Shown: one piece after another, positions 27,295 to 37,500 of the stretch
Layout of the letters: every line of letters starts with the position of its first letter
Position numbering within the stretch: the first letter of the stretch is position 1
DNA from: Patescibacteria group bacterium
GTDB lineage: Bacteria; Patescibacteriota; Saccharimonadia; CAILAD01; JADZBC01
Reading direction: 5' to 3'
Assembly (NCBI GenBank): GCA_052034495.1
Contig: JBPOIL010000001.1
Coordinates: 14-64,013 of the forward strand
DNA length: 64,000 nt
Made by a program: the position numbers and the translations under genes
Notes under the pieces: generated by a model
Seen by the model: only the letters and a program-made list of their open reading frames with translations
Told to the model about the DNA's origin: nothing
Database searches by the model: none

Positions 27295-27666
27295 CTAGGA
27301 AGCAGGGAAGAGACCGATCACATAATTAACTATGGCGTAGGCAAGCATAGTAATGACCAGGCCGATTACTGAATAGAGAATGGTGTCCTTGGCCTTTGTG
27401 GCCTTGCTAGAATCACCAGCAGACAACGAGTACATAATGCCACCCACAATAATCATAATGACCGATATAATACCCGCAATGGTAAGGAGCGTGCTCGTGA
27501 TAGTGCTAATTACAGTTCCGGCGCTATCGGGCGTTCCGCTTAGGCTAGTAATCTTCAGGCTAGTGGGAATAGGGGTGGGGGCAGGATCTTCTGCCAAAGC
27601 CACGCCACGCCAGAGTAGGGTGGTGGCGCCTGCGGCTAGGTACTTAAGGGTCTTTGGAATTTTCAT
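27295..27666 (-). CDS. VirB2/TrbC-like T4SS pilin paralog 3 (diverged)
   Basis: Block GGIMYSLSAGDSSKATKAKDTILYSVIGLVI. Trimmed to MKIPKTL, a signal-peptide-like start. TATAAT lies 7 nt upstream of the ATG. Confidence 0.5.
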   Translation of the reverse strand: MKIPKTLKYLAAGATTLLWRGVALAEDPAPTPIPTSLKITSLSGTPDSAGTVISTITSTLLTIAGIISVIMIIVGGIMYSLSAGDSSKATKAKDTILYSVIGLVITMLAYAIVNYVIGLFPAS

Positions 27667-27710
27667 AACTGCATTATAGACTAGTTTGCCCAAAAGTATA
27701 AAGACCAAGA

Positions 27711-27986
27711 TTACAGGCCGAATGCGGCCATGACAAACTGACCAATCACTCCTGCCAGGATTGCCAGGATAAGCCCACCAATCGCGTTGGTAATCGTCTT
27801 CTTGGCCTTTTCTTGGCCCTGGGGATTACCGGCAGACATAGATAGCTGAATGCCTCCAATCACGATGAATATCACCGCCAATGAGCCTGCGAGCATCAGG
27901 GCAAATAGACCAATGTTGTTAATCAAGTCCATAATGCTGCCATAGTCTGCGTCTGTCCCGACCTTTACGTCCTCAAACAAGTTCAT
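27711..27986 (-). CDS. pilin-like small membrane protein paralog 4 (no signal peptide)
   Basis: Block IGGIQLSMSAGNPQGQEKAKKTITNAIGGLILAIL; lacks the N-terminal leader. Confidence 0.45.
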   Translation of the reverse strand: MNLFEDVKVGTDADYGSIMDLINNIGLFALMLAGSLAVIFIVIGGIQLSMSAGNPQGQEKAKKTITNAIGGLILAILAGVIGQFVMAAFGL

Positions 27987-27995
27987 ACATACTCC

Positions 27996-28349
27996 CTATG
28001 CAATGTTAATTCCGAATATACCCATTATGGCACGAAGACTTATGAGAAGTATAAGAGCCACAATGGCGTTTATGAGTCGGCTCTTTGCGGCCTTGAGTCT
28101 ATCTGGACTGTCTCCAGATGTGATCATTTGCACCCCTGACACAACAATCATAACCACAAAGAGCGCTCCGAATAGTCCAACCATCATATTCGCAATAATG
28201 CCAATCAACTCCATTGGCTGGTCCGTACAGAGGTTTTCTGGCAAAAACTCCCCACAGTTATCTACTGTGGCGGCCCTTGCGCTCGAAGGCAGGGCCAAGA
28301 GCAGGGTAGCTAATAATGCAGTCTTAATGTTGGCGATCTTCATCTTCAT
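27996..28349 (-). CDS. VirB2/TrbC-like T4SS pilin paralog 5
   Basis: Signal peptide MKMKIANIKTALLATLLLALPSSARA + 2 TM. Block VSGVQMITSGDSPDRLKAAKSRLINAIVALIL. Confidence 0.5.
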   Translation of the reverse strand: MKMKIANIKTALLATLLLALPSSARAATVDNCGEFLPENLCTDQPMELIGIIANMMVGLFGALFVVMIVVSGVQMITSGDSPDRLKAAKSRLINAIVALILLISLRAIMGIFGINIA

Positions 28350-28438
28350 TAGTCTTAGAGTTTAGTTGCTCTTATTGAGGTACTTATAAGCGTAAGCTCT
28401 GTACCTAGCTGTGACTATTATACTATAATGACCACATA

Positions 28439-30658
28439 ATGCCTCGACTTATTAAAAATACTGCGTCTCGCCGCTGGTCCCTGCTAAAGGCTGGGCTATT
28501 TGTGGTGTTCGTGGCCGTGTTTGTAAGCGCGCTAGTCAGCCCATCAAAAGCCAGCGCATCGCAGTCTGCAAGATTCGAGGACGCTTCCCATATAAAAATA
28601 AAGGATAGTGGCATGGATACCTTTACACTGCAAGAAGTGCAGGATGCAGCCACAGATGCCCAAATTGATGCCCAAAGCTCGGGGGAAGATGGCACGGTAT
28701 TAAAGGCTGTGTACTTCTTTAGCCCTGCGGCCAACCTTGGTAAGAGGATATGGGAAGCGGGATGTCAGGGGTGTTATGACTACTACTTCAGCCCAACACT
28801 TACCGTGCAAGCTGGCTTCCCAGTTTATGTAGGAGCTGGCGAAAATAAGCGCCTAATGTACCCGCTCTACGAAATCGCCCCTCGAGCTGGCGTTCGCTGG
28901 GATAAAGATCTTAAGCCCCCTATGTCTGAACCAGCAGTGATGACTTTTAACTACGAGGAAAACGGCACCAAAACACCAGAAAAGAAAGATGGCAAAGTAA
29001 TCTGCTCCATGGAGCAATGGATAAACTGCTACGAAAACACTAATGGGGGGAGGCTAATTACGTCCTCTACCTTCACAGACGCAGAGAGAGACAAACTAGA
29101 CGATATAATAAGCAAGACCAAGTCTACGTTTAAAAGCACGCAGAACGCGATCAAGGACAGTTGTGATGGCGGAGCTTTGGGCTTCATTCTCTGCCCCATT
29201 CAAGACGCCATGCTCAAGGTCGTAGAAACACTGAATGGCTGGCTTGCGAATATACTAGATATTAATACGAGCGGGTTTCAGAACGACACACTGCAAAGGG
29301 CTAGCCAGAATATACTCGGCCTAGCAAACGCCATATATGCGTTAATATTCTTGGTGATAATATTCGCTAACGGCCTAAGTATTGGTATAGACAGCTACAC
29401 CCTCAAAAAGATGGTACCGCGGCTCGTTGCCGCTATAATCCTTTCGCAGTTCGCATACTTCCTTACAGGGGCATTTATAGAGTTTGGAAATGTACTGGGC
29501 CGAACTGTTACGGCATTCTTTGTGCAGCTCGTACCCGAGAGTGCGAATGGCGTTGGACTAGGAGGTGCAGTTACTCTGGGGGTTCTAACTGGCGTTGCAA
29601 TACTACTAATCCTGGTGATGCTGCTAGTCATTATAGTTGCCTTCTTGGTGGTACTGGGCGTGTTGGCACTACGTTGGGCCGCCCTATACGCCCTGATACT
29701 TGTTGCTCCGCTTGCTTTTGCGGCCATGGTGCTGCCAAACACCAAGAAGCTATTCGACTTATGGTGGAAGAATCTCCTGAAGCTGGTAATGATGTTCCCG
29801 ATTATTATGGCTATCACAGCGGGTGCAACATTCCTAAGCACGGTTATGATAGCCGAAGACGCACCGCTTGTTATTCAGATTATTGGAGCGCTCTTGCCGT
29901 TTATTGGATTCTTGATGGTTCCGAAGGCGTTCAAGTGGAGCGGAAGCTTAATGGCGGCAACCGGCGGAAAGGTTTCGGACTGGACTGCAGGAAAGGCCAA
30001 AGGTACATACCAGAAGAGTGCAAAGGAAGGCAGTATAGCAAAAGCGAAAGGTAAAGGTCTTCAAATCGCCGGCGGAGCAGCGACCAAGATGCCAGTATTC
30101 GGAGGGGCTGCTGGAGGGGCTCTGTTGAAACGAGGGGCTGCGGCACGTGGTGCTGCTTCAAGTGCAGAGAAGGATTATTTCAAGAACTTTTCAGATGAGG
30201 ACCTTGGAAAGTATATAGCGGCAACAAAAGGAAAGGGGAAACTCGCGGGCGTGGCGAAAGGAGACCTGGATCGACGGATTAGTGAAAAGGCCAAAGACCA
30301 AAGAGAATACTTTAGCCGTACGGGCACTGTGGACACAGTTGGGGCAGCAAAACTAGAAAAATTACAGGCGTTCAAGCTCGGGGAGGTCGGAGTCGATGCC
30401 GACGAGACTCGAGAGGGAACGTATTACGATCCATCAAGAGGGGTGGTTACAGCCACCGTAAAGCTCGACCCAACAACCGACAATGTCGAGGTGAAGGGCA
30501 GTATTGTTGATATATCTGGGGCAACTGTGGTGGGAGTACCAACTCCACCAGGAGGTACGCCCGTGTCGACCAACCTCCCTAAATCGGGATCAGTCCCTCC
30601 TGGTTCTGGGCCAAAGTATTCAGGCTACGATCCCTCTAAGCGATCTAGCTTCTTATAA
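28439..30658 (+). CDS. VirB6/TrbL-like polytopic T4SS membrane protein with large N-terminal extracytoplasmic domain
   Basis: Signal/TM, ~280-aa Cys-containing ectodomain, 6-7 TM helices, then a Gly/Lys-rich C-terminal tail. Confidence 0.45.
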   Translation: MPRLIKNTASRRWSLLKAGLFVVFVAVFVSALVSPSKASASQSARFEDASHIKIKDSGMDTFTLQEVQDAATDAQIDAQSSGEDGTVLKAVYFFSPAANLGKRIWEAGCQGCYDYYFSPTLTVQAGFPVYVGAGENKRLMYPLYEIAPRAGVRWDKDLKPPMSEPAVMTFNYEENGTKTPEKKDGKVICSMEQWINCYENTNGGRLITSSTFTDAERDKLDDIISKTKSTFKSTQNAIKDSCDGGALGFILCPIQDAMLKVVETLNGWLANILDINTSGFQNDTLQRASQNILGLANAIYALIFLVIIFANGLSIGIDSYTLKKMVPRLVAAIILSQFAYFLTGAFIEFGNVLGRTVTAFFVQLVPESANGVGLGGAVTLGVLTGVAILLILVMLLVIIVAFLVVLGVLALRWAALYALILVAPLAFAAMVLPNTKKLFDLWWKNLLKLVMMFPIIMAITAGATFLSTVMIAEDAPLVIQIIGALLPFIGFLMVPKAFKWSGSLMAATGGKVSDWTAGKAKGTYQKSAKEGSIAKAKGKGLQIAGGAATKMPVFGGAAGGALLKRGAAARGAASSAEKDYFKNFSDEDLGKYIAATKGKGKLAGVAKGDLDRRISEKAKDQREYFSRTGTVDTVGAAKLEKLQAFKLGEVGVDADETREGTYYDPSRGVVTATVKLDPTTDNVEVKGSIVDISGATVVGVPTPPGGTPVSTNLPKSGSVPPGSGPKYSGYDPSKRSSFL

Positions 30659-30666
30659 GAAAAATT

Positions 30667-31500
30667 ATGAGTCAATATAAAGTCCCCCAAAACGTAGAAG
30701 CAGAAGACACCATCCTGGGTCCGTTGACGATTAAACAGTTCATATACGTCGTCATCGCAATAGGGTGGGGCTTTCTGTGCTGGCGTGTGTTTGGCGTAGC
30801 TCCAATCATAGCCATTTTTCTAATACTGCCAATTTCTGGGCCACTCTTAGCACTCGGGCTCATCCGCCGCGAAGGCCAGAGCTTCGAAACGTACTTTATC
30901 GCCATGATTCGCTTCGTGCTTGTGCCCCGCAAGCGTACCTGGCTCAAAGACCAGTCAAAGGTGGTCATTAAGGAGGAGGTTAAAAAGCCAGAGTTAGAGG
31001 AGGTAAAAATGCCGAGCGCCACTGAAGTCCGCGGAGAACTGCGCAAACTTGCCACCATAGTCGACAGCCGCGGCCGCATACCAAAGGGCTTGGAGCTTCA
31101 ATCTGCCGATGCAAACGTGGCCGGCAGCGCGCTCAGTCAGCGTGTAGTGACTCCCGAAGCCACCCAGGTAGCGTCAGAAATAATTGCTACTAAGGTGTCG
31201 GCACCCCGCACGGACATGCTCGACATGCAGCACAGCCCACAGGCCGTAGCAGTAGGGGAGCTCCTAACTACGAGTGGTGCGAATGTAAAGGCACAGGCCA
31301 TAGCGAACATGCAGAAGGCTGCTACTGCTCCTACAAGTCACCCTGCCAGCCAAGCACAAGCACCTTCGCAAGCACCAGCGCAAAATGCTATACTACAAAG
31401 AGCTGCCGAGAGTAGTGGCGTAGTGTCTGTACAGCAACTTGCTGACCAGGTTAGCCGCCATAATGTTCTCCAGCAGGGGCAAAGCACGCAAGTTCGCTAG
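30667..31500 (+). CDS. PrgI/VirB3-like T4SS membrane protein
   Basis: N-terminal LGPLTIKQFIYVVIAIGWGFLCW + second TM, the 2-TM PrgI-family architecture. Located directly upstream of VirB4. Confidence 0.5.
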   Translation: MSQYKVPQNVEAEDTILGPLTIKQFIYVVIAIGWGFLCWRVFGVAPIIAIFLILPISGPLLALGLIRREGQSFETYFIAMIRFVLVPRKRTWLKDQSKVVIKEEVKKPELEEVKMPSATEVRGELRKLATIVDSRGRIPKGLELQSADANVAGSALSQRVVTPEATQVASEIIATKVSAPRTDMLDMQHSPQAVAVGELLTTSGANVKAQAIANMQKAATAPTSHPASQAQAPSQAPAQNAILQRAAESSGVVSVQQLADQVSRHNVLQQGQSTQVR

Positions 31501-31542
31501 CTCCGTTATTTTGTCAGTAACGCACTAGGTATAATCGCAAGT

Positions 31543-32613
31543 ATGGCTCAGCCAACTCAACCAAATCCACAAATTACCGACCAACAGCGACAGGCCTTGG
31601 CCTCTGTAACGCCGCCCAAAAACGTCAAAGATCAACGCGCCAGCACACAGAACCACTTAATGTTTTCGGAAATACGCGACAACATCGTAATGATGCGCGA
31701 CGGGTCATTACGTATGGTAATTATGGCCTCGGCGGTTAACTTTGACCTTAAGAGCTCCAGAGAGCAAGACGCGATTGAATACGCATACCAAGGCTTCCTG
31801 AACGGCCTGCACTTCCCAGTGCAAATTATCATTCGTTCGCGCAAAATCGACCTAGACAACTATCTTGGCAAGCTCGAGGGACTGCAGGCAGAGCAAGAAA
31901 ACCAACTCCTGGCAGGCCTAATGGAAGACTATATATTTAACATCCGCGGCTTGCTCGAAGACGTCAACATTATGGCAAAGTCATTCTACATAGTTGTGCC
32001 ATATTACATTCAGGTGGCCAGCAAAGAGAACATTGTTAGCAAAATAACTGGGCTCATGAAGCAGAACGAAGACGTAGTGGAGAGTAGTGCGGACTTTGAA
32101 AAACATAAAGGAGAGCTTATTCAGCGTACCAACATTGTGGCTCAAGGCTTAGCCCAGATCGGCATACGCGCTGCCGTACTGACCACCCAGGAGCTGATTG
32201 AGCTGTACTATGGCTCGTACAATATCGATGAGGCGCAAAACCAACCCCTCGTAGGAATGGATGAAATAAATTCGCCAGTCGTTGGCAGGAGTGGTGCGCC
32301 GCTTGTACCGCACGGGCCAGCGCAAAAGGTTGCGGAGCCCGAAGACATGTTTGCCGCCGCCCGCAAAGCAGCCGCAACGCATGCACCAGTGGCCCAACAG
32401 GCTCAACACGTTGCTGCCGTACCGCAAGCCGCACCAGCAATCCAGCAGGCGCCAAATCAAGCCGCTACTACATCCGTACAGCAACCAGGTCCGCCAGTGA
32501 CTCAGCCTGTACCGACTGCTCCAGCCCAGCAGCAAGTTTCTGCTGGCCAGACGGTACAGATTCCTCGCCCCGCAGCAGCGCCTCAGCAGCCACCCCAGGG
32601 AGGGCCTCAGTAA
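31543..32613 (+). CDS. VirB4/PrgJ N-terminal domain-like protein with Pro/Gln-rich C-terminal tail (apparent N-terminal part of a split VirB4)
   Basis: Block IRDNIVMMRDGSLRMVIMASAVNFDLKSSREQDAIEYAYQGFLNGLHFPVQIIIRSRKIDLDNYL resembles the VirB4/CagE/TrbE N-domain. It ends in a ~120-aa low-complexity tail. Its stop overlaps the next ATG (TAATG). Confidence 0.45.
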   Translation: MAQPTQPNPQITDQQRQALASVTPPKNVKDQRASTQNHLMFSEIRDNIVMMRDGSLRMVIMASAVNFDLKSSREQDAIEYAYQGFLNGLHFPVQIIIRSRKIDLDNYLGKLEGLQAEQENQLLAGLMEDYIFNIRGLLEDVNIMAKSFYIVVPYYIQVASKENIVSKITGLMKQNEDVVESSADFEKHKGELIQRTNIVAQGLAQIGIRAAVLTTQELIELYYGSYNIDEAQNQPLVGMDEINSPVVGRSGAPLVPHGPAQKVAEPEDMFAAARKAAATHAPVAQQAQHVAAVPQAAPAIQQAPNQAATTSVQQPGPPVTQPVPTAPAQQQVSAGQTVQIPRPAAAPQQPPQGGPQ

Positions 32614-34505
32614 TGGCTGTTAAAAAACCAAGGGTTGACCCTAGAGTTCAGGCAGAGATTGATCGCCGGGCCGCAATCCAGGCCGAAGCCGAGAAGGTTT
32701 ACCGCGAAGGCGTAGTAAGTTTACGGGATATCATCGCCCCGTCATCAATTGAGATTGTAAACGACCACATTAAGATCGGGAAGCGCTTAGCGCGGACGCT
32801 GTTTGTGTTTGGCTACCCCCGCACGCTCTTTACTGGCTGGTTGTCGCCACTTATTAATGTCGATGAAATTATCGACATTAGCCTCAACATTATCCCGGTG
32901 GAGAGCAAAATTGTACTCGATAATCTCAAAAAGAAGGTAGGGCAGCTAGAAGCTAACTACACTATCAACCAAGAAAAGGGCAAGGTGCGCGACCCGGGGC
33001 TAGAGGCTGCCATCCAGGATGCTGAGGAACTCCGCGACAGCTTACAGGTGGGTTCTGACAGGTTTTTCCGACTTGGATTGTATATAACCATATATGGTAA
33101 GGATATGGATGAACTAAACCTTGTGGGTAAAAAGATTGAAAGCATGTTAGGCCAAAGCCTCATCTATACCAAGCCGGCAACGATTCAAATGGAGCAGGGC
33201 TTTAATTCAACTATCCCAATGGGCCTGGATCAGCTTAATGTATACCGGAACATGAACACAGGCGCGCTGAGCTCAACCTTCCCATTCACTACGGCCGAAC
33301 TCAGTCAGGAAGACGGCATTATGTATGGTATTAACCGTCACAATAATGGGCTTGTGATTTTCGACAGGTTTAGCCTGGAGAACGCTAACATGACAGTGTT
33401 TGCCAAGTCCGGTGCTGGTAAGAGTTTTGCGGTTAAGTTAGAGTGCTTGCGATCTCTCATGATGGGAACAGAAGTGGTTATTATAGACCCCGAGAATGAA
33501 TATAAAACGCTTTGTGATGCAGTGGGGGGCAGCTACCTGCACTTATCTCTCGCCAGCAATACCCGCGTTAATCCATTTGATTTGCCTCAAACAGTGGACC
33601 CAGAAGAGGCAGACAATGCCCTGCGAGCAAACATAATCATGCTCCACGGACTGCTCAGACTGATGGCTGGGGACATGAGTCCTACAGAGGAAGCCGACAT
33701 GGATATCGCCCTGATCAACACTTACGCCAAAAAAGGTATTACCAACGATCCGCTCACACACCGTGCCCAGCCACCCGTAATGGCCGATTTGTATAATGAG
33801 TTACTATCTATGCCGGGGACCGGGCAAGGCCTCGCCGCCCGCTTGCGCCGTTTTACTGAAGGAACGTTCTCGGGTATCTTCTCGCAGCAGTCCAACGTAC
33901 AACTTAACAACCGGTTTGTGGTGTTCAACATTCGCGACTTAGAAGATGAATTGCGACCCATCGGTATGTACATTGTGCTCAATTATATCTGGAACCGTGT
34001 TAAAACCGACCGCCGTAAACGAATCCTTGTGGTAGACGAAGCCTGGCAGCTCATGCAATACCAGGACTCTGCTATGTTCTTGTTCTCAATCGCTAAGCGT
34101 GCCCGTAAGTACTTCCTTGGCCTCACAACCATATCCCAGGACGTAGAGGACTTCCTAAGTACTCGGCTAGGTCGTGCAATTGTAAATAACTCTTCCTTGC
34201 AACTCCTCCTCAAGCAAAATCCAGCAGCCGTAGACATTGTAGCTGACACGTTTAAGCTAACGAGCGAAGAGAGTAGTCGGCTAAGTCAGTTCCCAGTAGG
34301 GGAGGGTCTATTCTTTGCCGGACTCAGCCACATTATTCTACGCATCTTGGCCTCACCAATGGAGACTCAACTAATCAGCACGAACCCACAGCACATGCTC
34401 GATCAGCAACGCGCCCAGCAAGAAGCCGTGGACGCAGCCGTAGCCGCCGCGCCACCACAGCCAGAAGCTAACTCGGCGACTCCAGCAGACACAAGCCAAG
34501 CGTAA
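32613..34505 (+). CDS. virB4: VirB4/TrbE/PrgJ-family T4SS ATPase
   Basis: ARTLFVFGYP motif, Walker A FAKSGAGKS, Walker B ILVVDEAWQLM; 630 aa. Confidence 0.85.
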   Translation: MAVKKPRVDPRVQAEIDRRAAIQAEAEKVYREGVVSLRDIIAPSSIEIVNDHIKIGKRLARTLFVFGYPRTLFTGWLSPLINVDEIIDISLNIIPVESKIVLDNLKKKVGQLEANYTINQEKGKVRDPGLEAAIQDAEELRDSLQVGSDRFFRLGLYITIYGKDMDELNLVGKKIESMLGQSLIYTKPATIQMEQGFNSTIPMGLDQLNVYRNMNTGALSSTFPFTTAELSQEDGIMYGINRHNNGLVIFDRFSLENANMTVFAKSGAGKSFAVKLECLRSLMMGTEVVIIDPENEYKTLCDAVGGSYLHLSLASNTRVNPFDLPQTVDPEEADNALRANIIMLHGLLRLMAGDMSPTEEADMDIALINTYAKKGITNDPLTHRAQPPVMADLYNELLSMPGTGQGLAARLRRFTEGTFSGIFSQQSNVQLNNRFVVFNIRDLEDELRPIGMYIVLNYIWNRVKTDRRKRILVVDEAWQLMQYQDSAMFLFSIAKRARKYFLGLTTISQDVEDFLSTRLGRAIVNNSSLQLLLKQNPAAVDIVADTFKLTSEESSRLSQFPVGEGLFFAGLSHIILRILASPMETQLISTNPQHMLDQQRAQQEAVDAAVAAAPPQPEANSATPADTSQA

Positions 34506-34540
34506 TGAGCTATAATATAGCTATATAAAACCAGGAATCA

Positions 34541-37500
34541 ATGGCTCAAAACACAGGACGTGACCCAAATCTAGACGAAGGTCAAGCTTACGGCGGGACC
34601 CCCACTCAGCAGAGCGGGGGAACTAGCATGGCGCGTGATATTGCCCAGGCAGGTAAGGATGTTGCAAAAAGTACCGGCAAAAAGTCGCCTGGGAACGAAA
34701 AGCTCCCCGACAGTCCTTATGTAAAAGGTGGCGGTAACGGCGAGGACAGTCTACCGTCGCGTGGTGCCAAAGCTGCTCAAACCATGGCAGGCAAGGGCGG
34801 CACAGACCCTACGACCGGCCAGGCAGGGCGAGCCACCCAGGCGGCCCTAGAGGCAACAGGAACCGCCAAAGATAAGGATGAGCAAGGAGTCGCCGAAAAG
34901 GCCGCCCGTAAAGCTGGTGGTAAAGCTGCTCGCGCAGGAGTAGATGCTTTCACTGGTAGTGATCAGTTGGGGCAAGTTGCGGATCAAGCGGTTCAAAGTA
35001 TTGACCCGAAAAAGGCAGCCAAAAAGGGAGCGAAGGCGGCCGTCGCTACTATAGGTATTGGAATCGCACTGATAGTCACCCCGCTGCTTTTACTACTGTT
35101 AATTATCGGATACGCATTTACCCACCCCTGGGATGCTGCTAAGGAGGTTATTACAAATGCTAGCTACCGACGGTTCGTAGCAAGCGTGGCAGGCTTGGCA
35201 GTTGGCCCAGGAAGCAGCGCGAATTCAATAGCCGCTATTACCGGCCCCATGCCATACGAGGTGGACTATAGACCTGGCTCTGCTATTGCGGCCCCGGCTG
35301 GCCCTAAGCCAGAGCCAGGGACGCTCGAAGATGCCATCTCCAAAATTGACTACGAAAAGTCCAGGAACCGGTTTAAAGGTGACTACTGCGAGTACAGAGT
35401 GATAACCAAGCCAGTGGTGTCCTACGACGGCCAGCGTCGTAACGTCATCAATAAAGTTGTAGATGCAAAAGGTAAGCCCGTAGAGATATCATCCCCCGCC
35501 GTCTACCAGTGTATTCTAGAACAATACCCAGTTATGGAGACCATGATGCGTAGCGAGCAAGCTCGTAAGATTAACAAGCAAATGCAAGTTAACTTCTCCT
35601 ATGCTGAAAAGGAAGATTCTAAGGCTCTTGAAGGCAAATCCAAAGAGGAAGTAAAAGAAGCACTACACAAAAAGTCTCTGACGCGTTTATGGAGCAACTC
35701 GGACAGCCCTTACGGCAATAGTACCGAGTGTGTAGAGGACTTTAAGCCTACAGGCCCCAAGGTGGATAGGGCGATTAAAAAGGTAATCAACAACTTAGCC
35801 TGTGGTGCTCAACCGGAAAAGATCGATGTCGACTACAAGGTAGAGGAAATACCTAAATCACTCGACACCGACTCAGCCAAGTATGAAAAACGACTAGTCG
35901 AATATACCAAGGCCGCTTGTGTTTTCTATAAGAAGCTCAATGAGGACAAGGATGCTATAAAAAAGTATCAGCTAAACCGAGCGAAGTCATCCGCCCGAGC
36001 TGGATTCCAGGCCCTAACCTTGGCTGATACCGGCGTAGCGGGCGAAATATCAACCGAGGAACTTAACGGCGACTTCTATAAAATCTCAAACTTTGCTTCC
36101 TCGAGGGCCTATAAACAAGAGGTGAATGGAAGCTCGGATGGCGTGCAAGTAGACCCAGAGGCTATACCGACCACAGTACTTGGTCTTACGAAGAACTACT
36201 TCGAAGGCCTGGAGGACAATGGTAGAATCAAAGACTCACTCGCTGAAATGTGCAAGGATCAGGACAAAATAGGCGACGGTGGTTTCACTGGTTTCGCAAG
36301 CTTTATAAGTGGCTTGTTTGGCGGGGGTGGGCCATCAAAAGAAGAGCTTGCTAAGGATATTGATGATGCACTTACGTACCTAAAAAAGGACATTCAGAAG
36401 AACAATTCTCAATACTTTACCTCAGCAGAAAAAGTAACCCTAGAAGACATTATCGTACGTACGGTCATGATTACCTCTAACGCCAGTAACAGCGGTGTAG
36501 AAGATGGCCCAGATAACTTTAACCGGATGATAGTAGGTGCGAAAAACTCATCATACATACATACCATGTCGCTCCTAGGTGGTAGCTACCAGACTGAACC
36601 CGAGGCGGCTCAAGCGAGCATCCAAGTTGAACAATACAAGCGACTTCGAGATAAACAGGGTGGTATAGCCTATAGGCTTTGGAATAAGGATAATCCACGC
36701 TCGTTGGCAAGTCGGCTCGCGGCTGAATCCACAGCGACACCTTCGCAGATCACTGAAAAAACTTCACGTTATGCGCTTAATATGCTTAACCCGATTCGGG
36801 CCTTTGCCGAGGTAAACTCTATGATTACCTATGTGGGCTATGGCGAAACTAACCGGGCCATTGCGGCCGCGGACGACGATAGGGCGTACTGGAAGATCGA
36901 CACAGCCGGAGTTCAAGCTACGGAAGATGCTGTGCAGAATGCCCGCTACATCGAGGCGTTAAAGAAGAAGGTCGCGGACCCTGCTTACACTAATGATGAA
37001 ACTATTAAGGCAGTTGCGGCTTCATTTGCAGCGTGGGACAAGTGCATGGATACATACTATCCGGATATGCAGACCCTTGATGATAATAAAGATGACAGAG
37101 CATGTCAGATTATGCGAAAGACCACCGGAAGTAGAGCTATCGCAAGCAACTACGCTGTATCACCCAATAAGTATAAACTCCCTACTGGAAATATCCGCTT
37201 AGCTGCACTTAGCCCAACTTCCGAAAAAGCACTGGCCCGTAAATACGCTGTGTACAAAGGCCATGTAAACTTCTATAGCGCTTGGGCACGGCTTAGCAAG
37301 ACCGAAAAGGATGAAGAAATGTATGCCAATAGTGGACCATCGGATGAATCAAATGGGGCTGCCGACCAGGTTGCTACTGGCAACACGGGACCCAACGGTA
37401 GTGTTAAGTCTGATAAGCCAACGGCTTGTACGAGTGGGCCGCAAGAAGGAACGGTGGAACTATCTAAGTATATAATGAGTAAGTTCGGAGCAAGCAGCAT

